A DNA stretch of 36,342 nucleotides, from positions 1 through 36,342 of IMG/VR virus record IMGVR_UViG_3300025429_000005, one strand, 5' to 3'. Of the stretch, positions 35,023-36,342 are shown one piece after another; position 1 is the stretch's first letter; every line of letters begins with the position of its first letter. This DNA is from a virus. Its lineage: Duplodnaviria > Caudoviricetes. The notes below the pieces were generated by a model, which was not told the DNA's origin, did not search any database, and worked only from the letters and a program-made list of their open reading frames with translations. Made by a program: the position numbers and the translations under genes.

Positions 35023-35045
35023 AATAACCTAACTTTGGAGGATAT

Positions 35046-35315
35046 ATGCCCGTAACAGATACATCTATACAAGCCTATCATGAACACCGTTCTGAAGGTA
35101 AAGTCAATACACAAGCCAACAGTATTTATCGTTCTATGCAAGTCGGTAAAGACTATTCCAGACGTGAATTAGTAGCCATCACACTCATTGAGTTATCAAG
35201 TGTTTGTGGTCGAGTCAATGAACTCTTACAGCTCGGATTACTCAAAGAAGGAAAAAAAAGAAAATGCAGAGTCACAGGAAAAACCATCATTCCAGTCTAT
35301 AAGGATATTTTATGA
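35046..35315 (+). CDS. Winged helix-turn-helix DNA-binding protein
   Basis: TSIQAY...YSRRELV....ELSSVCGRVNELLQLG; GGAGG RBS. Confidence 0.7.
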   Translation: MPVTDTSIQAYHEHRSEGKVNTQANSIYRSMQVGKDYSRRELVAITLIELSSVCGRVNELLQLGLLKEGKKRKCRVTGKTIIPVYKDIL

Positions 35316-35926
35316 ACATTCAAGTATTTAGTCTATATTGGGACAACATTGACGATCGTATTGTGTGGTATCAAAACGAAGTAATGAATAAAATGGGGAT
35401 TAGCGTTCAACAACACCGTATCAATGGTATAGGACATGCAGAATGGATGTCTTGGATTGAAAATAGGACAGATTCTGATGCGATTCTTTACATGGATATT
35501 GATTGCATTATTACGCATCCACAAGTCATGAAAAATTGGGTGATTAAAGCCACGAACGGTGAATTAGTAGGCAACATTCAATCTACAAATCATTTAGGCG
35601 TAGAGGTGGCTAAAAAGACGTTTGCAGCACCCTCATTCTTGGTTCTGAATAAGAAGATGTATCACCGTCTTGGAAAACCATCATTTCAAGCCACACCGTA
35701 TGGAGATGTAGCGCAGACATTAACGGATACTTGGAGGATGTATGGTGTACCCGTGCATTTGATACCGATTACACACTTTGAGAAGCCTAAATGGGCTTTA
35801 GCGGGTGTACCAAATCAATACGGTATCGGTACGACTTTTGGTGGTTTTAACTACCATTTATTTGAATCCAGACAACAAGAAAATATTGAATTATTTGTTC
35901 AAAAATGTATGGAGGTGTTGAAATGA
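35312..35926 (+). CDS. Putative GT-A-fold glycosyltransferase
   Basis: Hydrophobic N-terminal strand, ILYMDIDCI (DxD), FAAPSFLVL, GDVAQ, YHLF. Confidence 0.55.
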   Translation: MNIQVFSLYWDNIDDRIVWYQNEVMNKMGISVQQHRINGIGHAEWMSWIENRTDSDAILYMDIDCIITHPQVMKNWVIKATNGELVGNIQSTNHLGVEVAKKTFAAPSFLVLNKKMYHRLGKPSFQATPYGDVAQTLTDTWRMYGVPVHLIPITHFEKPKWALAGVPNQYGIGTTFGGFNYHLFESRQQENIELFVQKCMEVLK

Positions 35927-36342
35927 ATGAACCAGTTGCAATGCGTTACGATTTTGATGGATATGGATATAGATACATCGATTCAGGCTCAGGGAGTGAT
36001 TGGCAAACGAGAGAGAAAGGAGAGTTTCTTTATACCAAACCTTTTTTTGATGAAAAACCTGTTGCTATGATGGTAAAAATTGATGGGTTTGATAAACCTG
36101 AGTTTACTACAACGTGTAGTTCTGTTGCGTTAAAACACCCTAACTATACTGCATTGTATGACCATCCACCAATAGCTTGGGCTGAATTAGAAGAAGGGCA
36201 GAGTATCCCACTCTATGAACACCCAATGCGTGAACTAACAAAAGAGGAAATAGATAATATTTTTGGAATATCTGCATTAAACACAACAGTAACTTTAACA
36301 ACAGAACAATGTTATTGGATTGTTGATGCAATACTAAAGAAA
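35923..36342 (+). CDS. Modular 144-aa protein (continues through the join to the stop at 97-99)
   Basis: Open from ATG 35923 (GGAGGT RBS, ATGA overlap) to the window end; three PVA/PIA...LYxxP modules, then ELTKEEI. Confidence 0.85.
   Translation, partial: MNEPVAMRYDFDGYGYRYIDSGSGSDWQTREKGEFLYTKPFFDEKPVAMMVKIDGFDKPEFTTTCSSVALKHPNYTALYDHPPIAWAELEEGQSIPLYEHPMRELTKEEIDNIFGISALNTTVTLTTEQCYWIVDAILKK
36259..36342. repeat. Right copy of the 84-bp terminal direct repeat
   Basis: Identical to 1-84. Confidence 0.95.

Noticed and set aside
34940-35030. Hammerhead-like (TGATGA...GAAAC) or SAM-II-like (UGUAGCUAAA, minus strand) RNA
   Set aside because: The core elements are not correctly spaced or flanked, and the SAM-II-like word is antisense to the local genes.
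34975-35055. Programmed -1 frameshift or readthrough fusing RusA to the wHTH, stimulated by the pseudoknot
   Set aside because: The wHTH is in the -1 frame, but that frame has TAG at 34986-34988 and there is no canonical slippery heptamer. Readthrough only adds about 24 residues before a TAA.
1-36342. tRNA genes, integrase/att site, reverse transcriptase or DGR, introns and inteins
   Set aside because: None recognised by eye; terL and the MCP appear uninterrupted. A covariance-model and profile search would be needed to exclude them formally.

Overview
The window appears to be a complete, circularly assembled, AT-rich tailed dsDNA phage genome of about 36.26 kb. Bases 1-84 repeat exactly at 36259-36342, and an ORF reads in frame through that join. 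There are two opposing transcription units. The minus-strand block (29656 to 1719) carries large terminase, portal, capsid/head genes, a podovirus-like adaptor and nozzle, a beta-helix tailspike, probable ejection proteins, a large fibre-like protein, a holin/GH108 lysis cassette, a HAD+PRTase-like enzyme and an FkbM methyltransferase. The plus-strand block (30147 through the join to 1735) carries small early ORFs, a YqaJ exonuclease, a RecT-like annealase, an SSB-like protein, RusA, a winged-HTH protein and glycosyltransferases. I recognised no DNA polymerase, primase, helicase, integrase, tRNA or CRISPR array. Most notable observations: (1) a 12-aa ORF, MRKGRKGRKGRK, with a strong RBS, embedded in a multi-hairpin region next to the portal gene; (2) a glycan-building gene set that includes a probable PRPP-dependent ribofuranosyltransferase; (3) a perfect H-type pseudoknot upstream of the wHTH gene; (4) a gene cassette bounded by 23-bp stop/start direct repeats; (5) palindrome-dense origin-like DNA in a genome with no evident replicase. 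All protein calls come from motif recognition by eye, not database searches.
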